Assembly: GCF_009914755.1 (NCBI RefSeq)
Contig: NC_060929.1
Strand: one strand, 5' to 3'
From: the human T2T-CHM13v2.0 reference genome, Homo sapiens
Length of the DNA stretch: 64,000 nt
A program made the translations under genes and the position numbers. Within the stretch, counting starts at the first letter, position 1. Every line of letters starts with the position of its first letter. Positions 18,720-32,999 of this stretch are shown in pieces. Below the pieces are notes generated by a model, which had not been told where the DNA came from, made no database searches, and saw only the letters and a list, made by a program, of their open reading frames with translations.

Positions 18720-18960
18720 AAATGCTTTTAGCCTGCAAGTAGAGCTAAGCACTCCCAGAGTAACTGACTCATTTAGCAGTGTTTGGCTTCCTGTGCTTGT
18801 CAGCGGCAGGTGACATTTAGCACAGGCTTTATCTCAGTTGTGGTAATTACTGGGCTGACATGAGCTCTCATACACAGCACAGATTGTTTTCAGCAGATGT
18901 AACCAAGCAACTCTGCTTTCTCTGGAGCAGTTTATCTGGCTTTCAAATTGTGGCATTCCA
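18720..18960. promoter_or_regulatory. Candidate enhancer (motif cluster in apparently unique DNA)
   Basis: AP-1 TGACTCA 18765-18771, ETS CTTCCTG, E-boxes CAGGTG/CAGATG, GATA TTATCT, RUNX TGTGGT within about 200 bp; motif evidence only. Confidence 0.3.
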
Positions 18961-19430
18961 TATAGACACACACGCACGCACATACAAGCATACAAATAGT
19001 TTAATGTCATTTTTATGGAAATAGTCATTCTTTTTTGCTCTGACTATATTGATTTATGCCACGAGGTGATGGAATGAGATATCTTCATTGTATGCAACTT
19101 CTGCATTACACGCTGGTAGTGCATCCTATTAAACAGAAAGGTTATTGTTATTGTAATGTATCTTAGCGTGCCCAAATGCTACTTTAATGATGTAATTAAT
19201 ATGCTTAGATTTACCATTTGATGTTCTTAGGCACCAGTTGTGTGACTGATGGGATAGCAATAATCATTTTTTAAAAAATTTGTGAGAGCAGTATTTTTTC
19301 TTAGAAGTTGGAATAAGAAAGTGTTTTATTAAAAGAAGGTGCTACACTAACAACACTTAATTGTCTGTGTAAGACATATCTTAGTGATGCAGCAACTTTC
19401 AAGATAATTTTTCAGTTCAACTTTACATTA

Positions 19431-19796
<366 letters not shown>

Positions 19797-20212
19797 TCAG
19801 TTTTAATTGACATTCTCATATTTCCTGTGCCAAGATTACTCTAGTCAGTTAGCAATTACCCCACAAAAACACACAATTGTCTAGAGCTGTAATTCAAGAC
19901 ATATTAGTTATGTTATCTTTGCTTTAAACTATAACTAAATACATGTTCAAATTTTCATTTAACTGAATTATGTCACTAGACATGCTATCTAATGTACAGA
20001 GACAAGATGTAGCATAATAATAAATTGCTACACTGCAGATTGTGAAATAAATGCAGGCTTCAGCACTAGGGTACTGAGCAAAGCAATGGACTAATAGCAG
20101 TAAGTTTGAAAGAGGTTTAGGTCAGGTCAGGGGTGAAGTGAAATGATGAATTAAACCTAGCTAATCAGAGGAGAGCTTCCCGGTGCTCATAAGAGAATAT
20201 GTGAACATATCA

Positions 20213-20607
<395 letters not shown>

Positions 20608-22834
20608 ATAAAAAATGTTGGATGAATTGAGGCTGAGCCAGATTGTAATTACGCAAAATAAAGCTTTTTGTTAAGTAGAATTTCCATAAGAAATTTTAAC
20701 CTCTGGCATTTACATAGGAAGGCAAGGGATGAAGTGCCACCATGAATAAATGTTAAACCTGAGCAAGATATGGACTTATCAAAAAAATTAAAAAGAACTT
20801 GCTAGCCTGCCCTCAAATTCCATCAAGGGAATAAATCTGTTATATGAAAGTCTCTGCCTTTTACTATGCTGAACGAGGATATGAAAGAAAAATACTGACA
20901 GTTAACCTCCAAAAGTACTTTTACTTCATTATGAGGGAAGCTGTCATTTGATGGAATTCACATACATTACATGAGGCACTTTAAGTGGCAGCTATCTTTT
21001 AACTCTGCATTTACTCATAATGCCATTCTTTTAAACAACCTAATGTTCGTTGGAATTAAAATTCCATTCACTTGACACAACAGTATCTATATAACGTAAA
21101 ATGCCTCCAGTGCCAGGTTATTCAGAATTCTTGTGGCAACTGATAACTAACCTTATGGTTATAACTGATGCTCAGGTTTCTATCGCAATACACGTATTTA
21201 CAAGCACTCATGCAAACACCGAGATAACTTTTGTATTTCTTCATTTAGTGTTTCCTTTGTCCAGAGAAATGAAGGAAACCAGATGGTCTAGACAATGAAG
21301 GGAGAAAGACTTTGAGTAGTAAGAAAACCTAAATCTAAATGCGAGCTGGAGTCTTCCCACCTTCCCAGTCTTGGGCTCCTTCATTATGGAAAGTCATTGA
21401 TATTTGCCACTTACCTCCCTTGCAGAGTGGATAGCAAATAATCATGCTGATGTGTCTGAAAACTTTACAGGGAAATCCTGATATTACTTTAAAGGGTTAT
21501 CCATTGAAGTTAAACCTCAGAAAAATCTCCCAACAACCATTTTCCATATAAAACATACACCCTCTTTGAAAAGTGAATTTCAGGCTTAGCAAAAATCACC
21601 ATAATAACAGGGCTGAAAACTGAATCCTTCCACTTATTCCTTATAGACCACAAGAGAGAAGCAAACCATACTGTAAGTATCCTCCCAATGAGATTAAAGA
21701 TAACAGACTGCAACCAGCCCAGCACACAGTCTGCACCAGGCCACCAACAGGTGGGATCAATGCACAGCTGTGGGCTGGCTTTTGAGAGAGACCCTTACAG
21801 CCCATCACTTACAGGTCATAATATTTTAGTGGTTCTTCTCTCTGAACACAATAAAACCTGCAGATAGTTAAAGAGAATGAAAGTTCTTTTAAAGCAATGG
21901 GGTGGAAGTAAGGGTAAAAGGGAGTTGATGAGAACCAAATGTCTCCCATATGGTTCCACACAGAGCTGCTGGAAGGTTGTATAAAAAATTAATTCAACTC
22001 ATATAATTCTGCTCAAAGCCAAATATGTGCACATAATAAAAATGCAACTCAATTATGACATATCTGGGTTTTTTATAACATTGTGGGATGCAGCATCAAT
22101 CTGCCTTAATATCTAATTCTTAAATTTGCCATATATGTTTCTTTTCCTTACATTTTAGGACCTGACATGGTTAGGAATCGAAGAGATATCTCTTCCTATC
22201 TTAGAAAGTAAAAGGAGTATGAACATTTACCATCCCTCCAACTGGTACCACTTTCATATATATGCTTAGTGATTACTATTTTTCACATGTTAAAGGATAG
22301 CTCAATTATTTTAAGAGGTAACAAAGCTTCGTAATCTACTAATAGAACATTTTGTGAAGTTCAAGCTCTGTTTTCTGGCCTCTGTTTTCACCTAAATAGT
22401 TGGGATGGCAACATATTCAAGAGATGTTCTTGCAAATAATTTAAATAAAAGCAAATGGCAGAAACAGTGAGCTTGAAAGAGGTCAGATGTGGAAGTAGGG
22501 CCATTCTTAAGTGCACACAGAGCCCAATTTCATTTGTCTTTCTCTAAAAAACATATGCAGAATGAAATGAATCAAGTTGAAGCATGAACCAAGTGATTAA
22601 TTCAAGGTCTGTAGGCCAAACTAGATACTGCATATAAGGCACACACAGACTGATTTATTTAACAGGGAGGTTTATGCCAATTAGTAAGGGGTTCTAAAGA
22701 TTTATGATAAAATACTACCCTCTTTCAAAGAGGGATTGAGAGCTTTGCAGAGGGTTTAGCATGTAGACAAAAGGCCAAGATTCTATGTTAAATATTGGGC
22801 ATTCAAGATTACAAGAATTTAAAGGTGTCCCTGG

Positions 22835-23040
22835 CCCCCTTAGGCAAAATTAATCATTCACTAGTATTTGCTCCCCTAGCCATTTAGTATATCTCTATTA
22901 AAGCACTTTCTCCTGTAATTATAACTGTTGTCTTGTTTCCTTATGAGACTATGGACATTTTTAGGTTACTTATTGTTTTATTCATCTTTATTTCCCCCAA
23001 ATGCTACACAGTGTTTAAGACACACTGGTACTTAATGCAT
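22835..23040 (+). mobile_element. L2 3' end relic
   Basis: TTATTCATCTTTATTTCCCC..ACACAGTG..GTACTTAAT resembles the L2 terminus. Confidence 0.55.
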
Positions 23041-24099
23041 TAACCCTACATCTCTTGTGCCCACTGTTTTAAATATTGCTCTGGGTACTGGATATTCAGA
23101 ATTGATGGAACCCAAACCCCACCTTTGGTGAGTTTGCACATCCAAAGGAGAGCATGACTGAGCTAATGGGCAACACAAAACACGTGCTCGTCCACTTCTA
23201 ATATTTGCATATAGTGTAATGAATTTCCAGGCCACAAGAGGCATTTGGGACGTCTTCCATTTCCTAAACTCTCAATGGGCTAATTGTAGAGGATGCAATG
23301 ACCAAGGTCAGTCAAAAATGAGCCTTTCATTTGGCTCTGTGTTTTGATGATGCTAGCTCAAAAGAGAAACAGGATCATAAGAACTCAGGAAACATTTAAA
23401 CAGCTCTACCTAAGAAATAATTAATAAACAACAAATAAAATGTTTCAGCCTGGAAATGAAAAAAATTAAGAAGCAGTGTTGCCTAGTGATGAGGCCAAGG
23501 ACACAGTCTCTAAAAGATCTAGGAAGAAAGGCCAGAAAGATACACAGACTTCATGACACAATGATATTATAGATAAGAAAACTGTAAGGCAGCCTCCTAC
23601 TATAGCTCAAAAGCATGATTACTAGAAAAAGATTTTAAACATTTAAAATGTCTAAGAATAGCTCTAATCAGGCACAGGCTAAGTATTAAAGATGAGAGTA
23701 AGCAGTTTCATCCAGTAGCTTTTGAGTTTCCACAGACAGCACCCCATCCATATCTCTGTAGAGGGATGTCCTGCCTGCACCCAGACTTGTAGGCAAAGTT
23801 CAGCTGAATTCCATCATCTGTGGTTGGTGATCCCTGGGGGGCATTTATTTACATGTGCTGCCATATATGGGGACTTTTTAAAAAATATTCCATATTTACT
23901 TCCTTTTACTTCCTTTCTTTTACTTCCTCTTACTTTCTTTCCACAGCTCTTGACATCTTCATTTATTTTTGGCAGGTGGGTATGTTTCACTCTGGTGGAT
24001 CTACATATTCTTATATGCATTTTTTCAGACATCAACTCACTTTTTTCTTTATAAGACATTTTCATTTCTCGATGTTTTGGAAATTACGAAATGGTTTAT

Positions 24100-24477
24100 T
24101 GTAGCAAGTCGAATAATATAAAAATACGTAAAATAATATAAAAGACATAAAACCCAATTCTAGTGACACAGCCCAGGGGGAAGGTTTCCCCCAGAGAAGC
24201 CCCACACTGGGGTGGAGCCTTGGGAAGTTTGTGCCCTTTGTAGTGGGGCAGAGCCTGACCCCTCCTCTTCCTGTGTAGAACCCAGAATTCAATCTGTGAG
24301 GCAAGAAGCATATACTGGAAGGACTCTCGCTCTGCTGAGTCCCTGTTTCCCCTTTTTTTCATTTTTGCCAAATAAATTCCATTATTCTCACCCTTCAACT
24401 TATCTGTGAGCCTAACCTTTCACCGCCATCTGACAAGGACCCTATCTTTAGCTGAACTAAGGAAAAGTCCTCCAACG
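24100..24477 (+). mobile_element. MER61-family (ERV1) solo LTR
   Basis: GGGTGGAGCC..GGAAGTT..CCCCTCCTCTTCCTGTGT..AATAAA..CTTTAGCTGAACTAAGGAAAAGTCC. Confidence 0.75.
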
Positions 24478-24640
24478 CTAGTCATCTTCCCTTTGCACAA
24501 GCTTCAAGCCTCTAATCCCCATTGGGGTGACCAACATTAACATCTGATGTATATTATTCGCCCTTTCCCCTTGCTCATATATAAATATATAACCATATGT
24601 AGGTAAATGTAGGTAATTTGTTTGTTCTATCAGAAAATAA

Positions 24641-25443
<803 letters not shown>

Positions 25444-25574
25444 CCACTTAGCAATATAATTTGGATAGCCTTACAAACAAATATAGATCTACCTCTATTT
25501 TTAAATTTATTCATGCATAATACAGTGCATTTTATACAAATGGGTTTTCCACCATTCATGATAAATTTAGAACT

Positions 25575-26020
25575 ATTCTGTTGAATACATATTCAGAAAA
25601 GGGCTTACATCATAAATGTACTCAGCTTAATGTTTGTCCCACAGTCAACACATCTATTTAACTTCTACCCAGATTTTAAAGAATGGAAAACAAGCAGCAT
25701 TCCAGAAGCTCTTTGCTCCCCCATGGTCCCCACCCTCCTTTGCTAATTTTTTACTATCCTGATTTCCAACATCATAAGTTAGTTATGCCTTTAAAAATAT
25801 TTATATTTAAAAAACACCAGTATGTATGCTACTAGGTCTGCCTTCTTCCATTCAAAAGATGATTATGAGTTTTATCCATATGTTTGCATGTAATTTGTTC
25901 ATTTTCCTTGCTGTATCATAGTCTAGTAAACAAATATAACATGATAGACTTATCCATTCTACTAAACAGCATTTGGGTTGTTAACAGTTTGAGAATTTAC
26001 ATGAATAATGCTGTTATTGC
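25575..26020 (-). mobile_element. L1ME-like 3' end relic
   Basis: ATCATAAATGTACTCAGCTT..CAGCATTCCAGAAG..TTATCCATTCTACT..CATTTGGGTTG. Confidence 0.65.
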
Positions 26021-26174
26021 CTTCAAAATACGGAAGCCTCCCCAAAACTAGTCTCTGTATATTTAAAAGAAAAACAAACAAAAAACCTTCTCTCTCATAT
26101 ATTTTGTTCTTACCACTGGCATCAGAAGTCTGTTTTGTAATTCAAAGTTGAGGCTTAATTTTTCTCTGCATTTG

Positions 26175-26239
26175 TAAAATACCAAGGACAGTATGGGTAG
26201 CTTGTTCTAAAATACCAAGGACAGTATGGGGAGATGTTC
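26175..26239. repeat. Local tandem duplication, 2 x about 33 bp
   Basis: TAAAATACCAAGGACAGTATGGG..TGTTC at 26175-26207 and 26208-26239. Confidence 0.9.
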
Positions 26240-26701
26240 TAGCTCCCTGGACTGACAGGTAGAACCTCGTGTTTCAAGAAAGCACAAAGGTAGAGGATTG
26301 AAAGACATTGGAAGACACTGGAAAAAACTTCTAGCATTCTACAGCAGCAATATTTCAGCCATGAAGAATGGCAGTAATAACTATAGCTCTGCATATTAGC
26401 ATCAAAACTAGAGGGCAGGAATCCAATAGAGGTAATAGCTAGGATAAACTAGAAAAAAAATATTAAGAATTTCAGTTTGCCCAATAAAAGATGAAAAAAG
26501 GGCAAAGAGAATATGGAATTGGCATGGAGGAGGGAGGCAAACTCTAGGAAGGAAAGTTGGATCAAGAAAGTTGGAAAGAGGAAAAGAAACGATTCATCAA
26601 GGAGTGTAGTAGGTAACAGACTTTTAAAATGGGAAAGCATAAATCTAATTATACACGGTTTTCACTGCTTTGATTCTGGCTATTTTCCACATCTCTGAAT
26701 A

Positions 26702-27355
26702 CAGTTGATCTTCAATATTCATGGATTCTATATTTGTGAAGTCACATAGTTGCTAAAATATATTTGCAACACCAAAATCAATACTAGAGGTATTTTCACA
26801 GTCATTTGTAGACATGCACAGAAAACTGAAAAAATTGAGTTGCCTGAAGTGCACACTCCCAGCTGAGGTTGCGCAAGGCTCCTGTCTGCCTTCTGGTTTC
26901 TGCTCTCATCCTGTAAATAAGTATTTTTTTGTGTGTGTTCTATTTACTGCTATGTTATTGCCTTTTTGTGCTTTTTGTGGTGATTCTGCAGTTTTAAATG
27001 GCCCCCAAGGCATAGTGCTAAAGTTCTGTCTAGAGTTCCTAAGCACAAGAAAGCTATGATGTGCCTTACAGAGAAAATATGTGTGTTACCTCAGCTTCAT
27101 TTAGGCGTGAGTTATAGATGCTGTTGGCTGTGTGCTCAATGTTAACGAATTAAAAATAAATATTCAACAAGATACCTCTAAACAGAAACAGACACAAAAC
27201 AAGGTTATGTATTGATCAGTTGGCAAAAATGTGACCAGCGGCTTGCAGGAACCTAACCCTATATTTCCCTTAGAAGCAATAATTCAGTATTTGCTAATTC
27301 AGTGTTTACAGTGACTTTATAGAACGTAACTACCTTGAATAATAAGAATCCACTG
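26702..27355. mobile_element. MER82 (TcMar-Tigger) element, about full length
   Basis: TIRs CAGTTGATCTTCAATATTCA and TGAATAATAAGAATCCACTG; TA at left flank; about 655 bp. Confidence 0.8.
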
Positions 27356-30300
27356 CATTTAATAAAGTTTGCTGCATGCAAAAGTCTTATGCAAGGAACT
27401 TTATACATCTTTGAATGGAAGCAAGAGTATAAAATAGAAAAACACAGTTAAGATTACTCATTAGTGGTGTTGCAATGTTGGATAACATCAGTTCTGAATG
27501 AACATGAAAGCACCTAGCCCAGAACTTGGTACTGACAATCATTTAAAACATGTTTGTGTGTGCTCAAATAACCTCTTCAGTTGATAACATCTTTACCTGG
27601 AAGATGAACAGTGTGTCATCTATCAATTTTGAGGAAATGTTGTCAGCGTGAAAGTCCCTATGTCTTAAAAAGTATTAAGAACATTTGTAAGAAGAATTGT
27701 ACTGTGATGGACTTCTTAATTATTGTGAAATAGAATGCAATAAAAATAATGCTCAATTGAAATTAGTATACAAGATGTTATATGAATTTCATCTTTGAAA
27801 CCAATTATGTGATTTCTTTTCCTAGGTATATAATTAAGAAATAAAAAGGTTATCTTTATTCTAAAAACAGATAATTGAGATATACAAATAGTCAAGCACA
27901 ATAGTAACATTATTTATATTAAGTTCTGCAGGAGCACAGAATCTAGTGATTATGTTGCTAGTTTTACTGTCTTGCCAAATATAAAATGAAGGTCAAAAAC
28001 GAAATGAAAAGAATATAATGTGAAAATGAAACATCAGTATCTGACCAGTTCTGTGCTGAGTATTCATTATGTTAGTATGTTGTTTTATCCCCTTAAATTT
28101 GCTTTAAAATCAGACTCTAAAAGAAACCAGCAAAATAAAATGCTATGATACTATTAAAGCAATGGCAATACCCATTGAATACCATTTAGTTTGAATCAGT
28201 GGTAGTACTATTAATTTCTCCCTTTTTAATGCACACTTTAGCTAGCACATGACCCATACCGTGGAACATCAGTTACACTCCAGGGACCAGACATTAACAA
28301 CATGTGCTACGAGTGGTTTATTTTACAATTGCTGTGAAATAAAAGCTGATGAAAATGAGCCACTGGTGAATTACTTGCCAGCAAAAACAACAATATTGGT
28401 ATCACTACTGAAAACCTCCATCCCAAAAGGGGGGTGGTGTGGGTGGAGATTTACTTGTATTGTTTGCACAGAAACATAGAGACAGGGGAAGTTGGGGAAG
28501 TAAACAGTTAAAAGTCTGCAGTTATTTCTTGCAGTTTACTGCAGTTAAACAGAATACATTTTAGCAGCTGAGATCCTGTACCACAGCTAAATTAAAGCAC
28601 AATTTGGACACACACACAATCACATAAAATAAAATAAAAATTATTTCCAAAGAAACTACAATTCATCGGGTCTTTCCTCTCATAAAAGAAACATTAATAT
28701 GACTTCAATCTTTTGATGTAGGTGATCTTTCTAGAGCTATATGGATGAAGAAAATTAAAATTTCAGCAGGTTCTTCACAGAACCAATTTATCCCTATTGT
28801 TTTTTGTTGTCATTTGTTTAATTTGAGAGCATTGATTCTTCTTGCATATCACTTTTCTACTAAACTCAGTCAATATCAGAAATTTTATGTTCTTATAGAA
28901 GATATGCAAATAGATCCAGATATTTTGCTATATTTATAAAAACATATAATTCTAACTCAATATAATCTATACACAAAGACCTTGCCTTCATTAAAAAGAT
29001 GCACTTGATTTAAATATAATGCTCAAATATGAATTACTTCTAGCTTCTTGTTCTAAACTGGATTTAATAACCTCTCACCTTCTTTGAGAGAGAGTAGGAG
29101 TGAGCAATACACATGAAAGAACATTGGGTTTGTAAGAATAAAATGGCACGATGGCGTTCACTGAAAGTGAGTAGACCCATTAATTATCCTGCTTACAGGT
29201 TTAAACACACACACAATTTTGTCTATGATTAACTGGATTGTACAGCTGTTGTTCCTTTTGCTGAAAGGTTTGACCTTTTGCTTAAGTCTAATCTAACACA
29301 AGGAAATCATTATTCATTTCTCTCCTACTCAAAGTCTAGATGCAGATTTGAAAATGTTATTTATTGTCTGGCTGTTAGTCTTTAACGTACAGCAGTTATT
29401 ACTAAAGGAGACAGCTGGCTGCATCGACCTATCCTTTACTGCCCCCAAGGCCACGCATACCTAATTCAAGGATATCAGATAATGGTACGTGGCATGATTT
29501 ACATGTAGAGAATTCAGAATTCATTGTGAGCCTATTTATAACTACAGCACTGTCGATAGAGAAAATGATTTAATAGAGGTTGTAAGGGTTTTCTGACAAG
29601 AGGCATTAATATTAGAACCTTTTCCCAAGTGCTGCAAACAGTGGTGCGGAGATGTAGCTTGCCTGAGTTATTTTTCACTGGCGACCCTTTTTCTGTTCAT
29701 TAGCACTTACATTCCTGGGGTTGGGAAGCCACTGTTTTAACGCTAATTTGTTTGTAATGAGCATATTCAGTGCAAGGAGACTCTCCTTGATTAAGGAAGC
29801 TGAAAAAAGGCTGGAAACTGATGAAAAAAGGCATCTAATCTCATGGAAATTTAACAAGTCCAGTTTTTGCAGATGGTATTTGGAAAATCAAGAGTCTGCT
29901 CTCTAGATGGTCAAGGTGGATGATAAAGATTCTGTAATGCCTTTTCAAAAGAGTTAGAAACAGACCGATGTCTTAACCAATAAATCTCCCTTCAATAAAA
30001 CTAACTTTAATGGATGAGGCTGCCTCTGGGTATTACTAAGAACACACAGGCAGGTCTATTTGCTTACACAGACACTGCACTGCCAATTACTTCAGAAGGC
30101 ATTTCAGGATGGTTTGGGTTTTTTTAAATGATATATGATACTGTTTATCTAACAGTTATGAGAATTAACCACACATCTGAAAATGCAGTTTAATGGAGCA
30201 TGGTACCAAAGAAGTCTTCTTGGTTAATAACACTTCTGGTTTACGATAGATGAAACAAATCAGCACCTTTGGTGGTGCATTATGTTTTTAATTTGAAATT

Positions 30301-31341
30301 GAAAACCAGTGTTCTACTTCAAACAGCAATTTTCATATAAAATACATCTCTAAAGACTGGCACTTGTTGGTATTTATTTTGAAAAGTGTGTATATAATAG
30401 CTTTGGGGAGAAGTTTCATTTGGGGTCGAAACATTTCCTCTAGATTACTATGAGTTCAAGTTTAAGCTTCACAAATCTCTAGATGCCATAACAAATGGCT
30501 AATATGTACCAGGTTGGATTTTGTTATTAGATTTCAAAAAAAAAAAAGATTCTGAAGCCTAAGTTTGAACCAACACCTTATTTTTAGTTTGTCAAGTTAA
30601 TTATTCTTACCTATCTGCAGTTTTATTAAAAATTAATTCATCATTTATATCAAAAAATATCTTAGAAAAATAAGACTAGTCAGTGGAAAATAATGTCCCT
30701 AGTACACCCATTATCCCAAATCTAAGAACATCTAGGACTATCTCTATTTACTGTGCTGTTTCCCGTTGCGACTGCACTTATGCATATTTGAGTGTCTGCA
30801 TTTAATTGCCTGGTTATGGCAGTGAAGAAAAAGCACACAATTTAGGCTATGCAAACTCTATCTTGTATGAACCAAAGGGAACAAGACATTCCTATTTCAT
30901 TTGGCTCATAACAATTGGTGACAATATGCCTCCTTGAAAACTCAGTGTTGGATCTATTTCATATTGTTTATACATTGTAATTTCAATTGTCTTTTTTAAG
31001 AGGCTAAAAGGCAAACATAACAAAGACTATCAAAACTAAGACAGATGGTATGAATCTGTGTGCTTGGACTTTTATCAAAACAAATGAAATCAGAATTAAC
31101 TTGTTTTGAAGACTACAAATCCTATAGTGCAGATGACCGAATGGTTCCTGTTTCCTCTTATTAACTGGCCATTAATCAATTTAAACTCAATATGTAGGAC
31201 AGTGCCTTCTCTCTTCAGGTTTTTCTCTTGGGGGTGGGGTGAAGAGGAGGAAATAGAGGTAGGCAGTTGACAGTGAGCATTCTCAGTGAAATTAAAAGAA
31301 AAGTGTTGAAATGCGTGATAAATTTGTAATGACCATGTCAC

Positions 31342-32219
31342 TGAAATGGCTCCGTTGTCTGGGGTATATACACTGGTTCTTTGTCATCGTCAAGAAAGAA
31401 TTCAGGACACAGACACACACGAGGAGTGGGTTTAGGAGCACAAGGCTTAATAGAAAAAGAGAGGCCAGGCGTGGTGGCTCATGCCTGTAATCCCAACACT
31501 TTGGGAGGCTGAGGCAGGCGAATCACCTGAGGTCAGGAGTTCGAGACCAGCCTAGCCAACACCGTCTCTACTAAAAATAACAAAAATTAGCCGGGTGTGG
31601 TGGCACACGCCTGTGGTCCCAGCTACTAGGGAGGCTGAGGCAGGAGAATAGCTCAAACTCCGAGACAGCACCACTGCACTCCAGCCTGGGCGACAGAGCA
31701 ACACTCTGTCTCAAAAAAAAGAAAAGAAAAGAAAAAGAGAAAAAGTTTCCGCATGCTGAGAAAGTGGGTCACCCAAAAGAGGGTCTCCGGTTTGCAGCTG
31801 AATGCATTTATTTTGTACAGAGGCTTGAGGAAGTAGTGAGTGATTTACATCATAGGGTCCAGGGGATTGGTTTGACCAGGTACCACTTACATATCCCGGG
31901 AAAAGACTGGCCCTCCCACCCTAGTCTTTTATTATGCAAATGTGGCCTCCACCTGGCAGTTGCCTGTACAGGTGGGTTTACCTGAAGGCTGCTGTGACAA
32001 GGAAAAGAGGGCGGGAGATGCCATATTGAATGTTCCTGGCTTCCAGGTACAGCTGCCTTCATTTACATATGAAAGCTCCTAGTTTGCATATCTATCAGGC
32101 TGTTCTCTGTTGGAGAAAAGATGGTTTGGGGCTGCTTTTTTTTTTAAAAGGAAAATTCCACCCAGAACTTTTACCCTTTCTAGCTGCCTAAAAGTAATTT
32201 CTTAACAACTCCTGCATTA
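31342..32219 (-). mobile_element. LTR9-family (ERV1) solo LTR with nested Alu
   Basis: TGAAATGGCTCCGTTGTCTGGGG..CTAGCTGCCTAAAAGTAATTTCTTAACAACTCCTGCATTA; 4-bp TSD TCAC at 31338-31341 and 32220-32223. Confidence 0.8.
31463..31729 (+). mobile_element. AluSx with two internal deletions
   Basis: TSD AGAAAAAGAGA at 31452-31462 and 31730-31740; lacks TGGTGAAACC and the GGGAGGCGGAGGTTGCAGTGAG segment. Confidence 0.9.
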
Positions 32220-32999
32220 TCACAAAATTGAAAATAACCGATAACAAAAACAAAGATTAGATTACAATTGATAGTTCATGTTCATTAAAGTGGAGAAACT
32301 TCTGGTGTTTTCCTTGATGATTTAAATAAGGTAACCTGGATAATTAATGCTTACTGATCAACTATGTTCCACGTGCTTCCTAAAATCATTTCAAATGAGT
32401 CAGTATATATAAAATCACTTAGAAAGCCACATAATGCTTTGGAAATAAAAGATGCTATTATCTATTATGCTATATCCTTTTCCAGAAGTATAGCAATAAA
32501 CTATAAACAAAGAAATAATTATTAAATTTCTTCCAAACTTAACCAAAAAAAATGTGCACTTACAAATAACTAAACTTGGGGAAATGAAATATGTACATTC
32601 TTAGACTTAATTAAGAGTACAAGGAACAACCTTATTAAGAGTCTTAGAAGGTACATGTTTCCAAAGTAAAACAAGAATATGTGTGTTGTACTCTGTGTGA
32701 AGCTGTAAAAATAAATTAATTTTTTGATGTTTAGAAAAATGTTTTGGTCTTCATGTTATAAGAGCCATATTTTCAGTTATCCAAGGAGATGACAACTGGC
32801 TTTGCTCTTCTCAAAGCCTGACACGCTAGTCTGATATACTCTGTCAATTAAATTGTTTTTAACAACATAGTAGTAAATTTACCCTTAGAAAATTTTATTA
32901 TTTTTCATTTAAGATATCAAATACCTATTCATCTGTGGACCATCTAGGAAAGTGGCTATTTCTATGAAAAGATAAGCAAAACTCCACTAAGAGTGAAGC

